From Candidatus Coatesbacteria bacterium (GTDB taxonomy: Bacteria > RBG-13-66-14): a DNA stretch of 17,991 nucleotides. Where the stretch lies: assembly GCA_014728225.1 (NCBI GenBank), contig WJLX01000177.1, forward strand, positions 1 through 17,991, in the 5' to 3' direction. Positions 16,031 to 17,991 of the stretch are shown one piece after another. The notes beneath the pieces were generated by a model. It was not told the origin of the DNA and searched no databases. It worked only from the letters and a program-made list of their open reading frames with translations. Position numbers and translations under genes: made by a program. Every line of letters starts with the position of its first letter. Positions within the stretch are counted from its first letter, which is position 1.

Positions 16031-17390
16031 CCTCCACCTCCCCGTGGCTGTGTTCGCTCTCAACGGGACGGGCGGTGCCCCTGGTCAGCTCGCCGAAGGC
16101 CGTGCAGAGATCGGTGCGTGGGGCCATCAACTGCAGCCAGGCGTCGGGGTCGTTCTTCTCCGGGGCCACCACCTCGAGGACCTGCTTCAGCGCCGCCGGT
16201 CCACCGAGAACAGCCACGCTGTAGCCCTCGCAGATGTCGAGTTCCCGGGCCCCCACCCGGGCGATCACCCGGGCCAGTCCCAGGACCAGGTCCCAGTTGG
16301 CGTTGTCGGCCTGGGGACCGAGAAGCAGGTCCAGCAGGTCCAGCACGTTGTGGCGGCGTCCGGGATGCTTGATCTCCTCGATCTTGCCCAGCAGGCTCCA
16401 AACGAGCTGGCGTACACCGTTGCGGCTGAGGTCCAACACGTCGTTCTTCCAGTACTCGCGGTCGTTGTCCAGGATCAGCGCCAGAGAGATCAGCGGTTCG
16501 GTGTTGAGGAAATCGTCCACCAGGGGCAGGCCGATCAGGCCGCCCAGAACGCGGCGATGGGCCTCCTCGCCGTAGATCCCCAGCCTTCGGGACGCGGTGT
16601 TGACCCGCCCGACGGCTTCCCAGCTCCGCGGCGAGGGGTAGACCTTGACCCCTTTATCGACGGGCTGGGCCTTCTCGTCCTTGGCGTCCAGTTGCAGCGG
16701 CCGGCCGAGGAACATCGAGCCCAGATCGCGCTCGGAAGTGTAGGTCAGGATCTTGCCGATCTCGTCACCGTCGAGCTTCGGCAACCGCCCCATGAAGGCG
16801 GCCCATTCGATCATGTACTCATCGTCGACCTCGACCTCGAGGAAGCAGAAGCGGTCGAGGAAGGCGGAGTCCAGCAGGGCGTTCTGGGAGTAGGCCGAGC
16901 TGCGTGGCGGGTTGCTGGCCGCCACCACGTCCCAGCCCGCCGGCAGGCGATAGCGACCGCAGCGGTGGTAGACGGCGCCATCTGTGTCGCGCTGATGCTC
17001 GATGAGTTGGAAGACGGCCTGCTGGACGTCGAACTGGGCGCGGAACAACTCGTCGAGGAACAGCAGCCCCCGCTCGCCGTGGACCTTCTCCTGGGGCAGG
17101 ATCGTCGGCGGGGCGAAATTGGTCAGCTTGCCGTCGGCGGCGTCATCCAGGTAGGGCAGGCCGGTGAAGTCGGCGGCTTCATGGAGCGAGCCGCGCAGGT
17201 TGATGTAGTCCGTCGGGGCCTCGTCGCCCCACAGCTCGCGCCGCAGGCGGGCGAACTCGCTGGATTTTTCGTAGCACAGGGCGCGGACCAGGGCGCTCTT
17301 GCCGATCCCGCGCTCGCCGACGAGCAGCGGGGTAACATCGGCGGCCAGGCTGAGGGTCAGCTCCTGGGCGATCTGCAGTAAACCGGGCAT
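16014..17390 (-). CDS. MoxR-like AAA+ ATPase (AAA_5 type) with a long C-terminal extension
   Basis: Walker A LLVGERGIGKSAL, Walker B LLFLDELFRA, sensor-1 VVAASNP. ATG at 17390 with an AAGGAGG SD 4 nt upstream. It is the first gene of the cluster. Confidence 0.85.
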   Translation of the reverse strand: MPGLLQIAQELTLSLAADVTPLLVGERGIGKSALVRALCYEKSSEFARLRRELWGDEAPTDYINLRGSLHEAADFTGLPYLDDAADGKLTNFAPPTILPQEKVHGERGLLFLDELFRAQFDVQQAVFQLIEHQRDTDGAVYHRCGRYRLPAGWDVVAASNPPRSSAYSQNALLDSAFLDRFCFLEVEVDDEYMIEWAAFMGRLPKLDGDEIGKILTYTSERDLGSMFLGRPLQLDAKDEKAQPVDKGVKVYPSPRSWEAVGRVNTASRRLGIYGEEAHRRVLGGLIGLPLVDDFLNTEPLISLALILDNDREYWKNDVLDLSRNGVRQLVWSLLGKIEEIKHPGRRHNVLDLLDLLLGPQADNANWDLVLGLARVIARVGARELDICEGYSVAVLGGPAALKQVLEVVAPEKNDPDAWLQLMAPRTDLCTAFGELTRGTARPVESEHSHGEVEGVLVD

Positions 17391-17433
17391 CGGGCCTCCT
17401 TTTGTAGTATTTCACAGTTAAATAATAACATGA

Positions 17434-17462
17434 CCCCCTGACAGATCCGGTCTATCAGGGGG
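17434..17462. promoter_or_regulatory. 29-nt near-perfect palindrome ccccctgacagatccggtctatcaggggg, 45-70 nt upstream of the MoxR start, followed on the minus strand by an AT-rich tract; candidate operator (or terminator/attenuator hairpin)
   Basis: Seen in sequence (one mismatched pair). The AT-rich ttattatttaactgtgaaatactac between it and the SD could hold the promoter -10. Confidence 0.4.
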
Positions 17463-17787
17463 CCAAGACTGGTAAGGGAGGAGCTCGAGTGCAGTTAAGC
17501 GCTCTTCACCACCGGGCTGCCGGGGGGATGGTGTTCACCGGTGGACCGCTCTCTCCCCCGTCGACAGAATACTAACGCGGGGGTACGACATCCGGGGTCG
17601 GGGCGGTAACACTTTTTTCCATCCGTCAGCCGCCGCCCCAACACTCAGCAGGTCAAGCAGATGCGGGCTGAAAAACCGCCTTCTCTTCTTGGGGATACCT
17701 TAACGCTCATGGGTCGTCATATGTGTGATTGTCTTGTCTTCACGAAAGTTAACGGGATGCCGTCATGTCACGAGCAATGGAGGCGCT

Positions 17788-17991
17788 GTGGCCGCCGGCT
17801 CAAAGGGTAATCCCGACAGGCATGTCACGTGTGCAAAGTGCAACTATCGCTATCACTACAGGTTAGGCGACGGGCGGCGGATGTGCAAGCGCCGTAGAAA
17901 ACGCTTTAACTATAAACCGGCTCGCCGTGGGCTTTCAGCAGAACAGCGTGAGTTGATCGCCGCGCTGTTTTGGCTTGAAGCAACCGCGGCC
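17788..17991 (+). CDS. partial ORF (runs off the window end) with an N-terminal Cys-rich basic zinc-ribbon-like segment, reminiscent of IS transposase (InsA/IS1595/ISL3-type) N-termini
   Basis: GTG with a GGAGG SD. Translation ...VTCAKCNYRYHYRLGDGRRMCKRRRKRFNYKPARRGLSAEQRELIAALFWLEATAA... has no stop before 17991. Family assignment not secure. Confidence 0.25.
   Translation, partial: MAAGSKGNPDRHVTCAKCNYRYHYRLGDGRRMCKRRRKRFNYKPARRGLSAEQRELIAALFWLEATAA

Noticed and set aside
15960-17381. 473-aa plus-strand ORF
   Set aside because: It is antisense to the MoxR-like ATPase gene. The product is Gly/Val/Ala/Asp-rich with no motifs.
17488-17574. 28-codon plus-strand ORF (MQLSALHHRAAGGMVFTGGPLSPPSTEY) behind a 10-nt purine SD (AAGGGAGGAG), divergent from the cluster
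   Set aside because: Codon usage is atypical for this genome (tta, ctt, gct, agc) and it is very short. The SD-like run may be coincidental or part of IS-end sequence.
1-17991. Search for tRNA, rRNA and CRISPR arrays
   Set aside because: No T-loop GTTCGAATCC-type motifs with matching stems in the intergenic regions. No spaced direct-repeat arrays. The only short direct repeat (ccaccggca x2 at 1625-1649) is far too small.

Overview
The window is high-GC (roughly two-thirds G+C) bacterial DNA with strong AAGGAGG-type ribosome-binding sites and frequent GTG/TTG starts. Almost all real genes lie on the minus strand. Most long plus-strand ORFs are antisense artefacts; the exception is the L-threonine 3-dehydrogenase gene (308-1294, +). 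Reading left to right: a tdh-like gene with a sigma70-like promoter and a strong bidirectional terminator; then ruvA; a ~185-bp nested inverted-repeat element; a cytoplasmic FKBP-type PPIase; a possible small Cys-rich membrane ORF; a PD-(D/E)xK-like protein translationally coupled to a small class-I SAM methyltransferase; and a hidden 47-aa signal-peptide ORF with its own terminator. A sharply AT-rich single-gene island (5407-6315) follows, encoding an AlbA_2/Schlafen-box protein, wedged 11 bp behind a GC-rich CxxC membrane protein gene. Further right are yebC-ruvC, where ruvC has no canonical start codon and probably starts on AUC, and a membrane-anchored hypothetical protein. The most interesting part is a seven-gene co-directional cluster at 9886-17390 (minus strand). 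It contains a MoxR-like AAA+ ATPase, an HExxH-metallopeptidase-like/VWA protein, a 161-aa unknown protein, a multi-TM-anchored ClpX paralog, two coiled-coil lipoproteins and an SPFH/band-7 protein. The ClpX paralog keeps its Walker A/B, GYVG pore loop and LGF ClpP-docking loop, but its zinc-binding N-domain is replaced by 4-5 TM helices. I read this cluster as a candidate undescribed membrane-localised unfoldase/proteolysis or conflict module. A palindromic operator-like site lies upstream of it, and a divergent zinc-ribbon (IS-like) ORF fragment sits at the window edge. No tRNA, rRNA or CRISPR arrays were seen. Coordinates of non-ORF features are approximate (+/-2 nt) because they were counted by hand.
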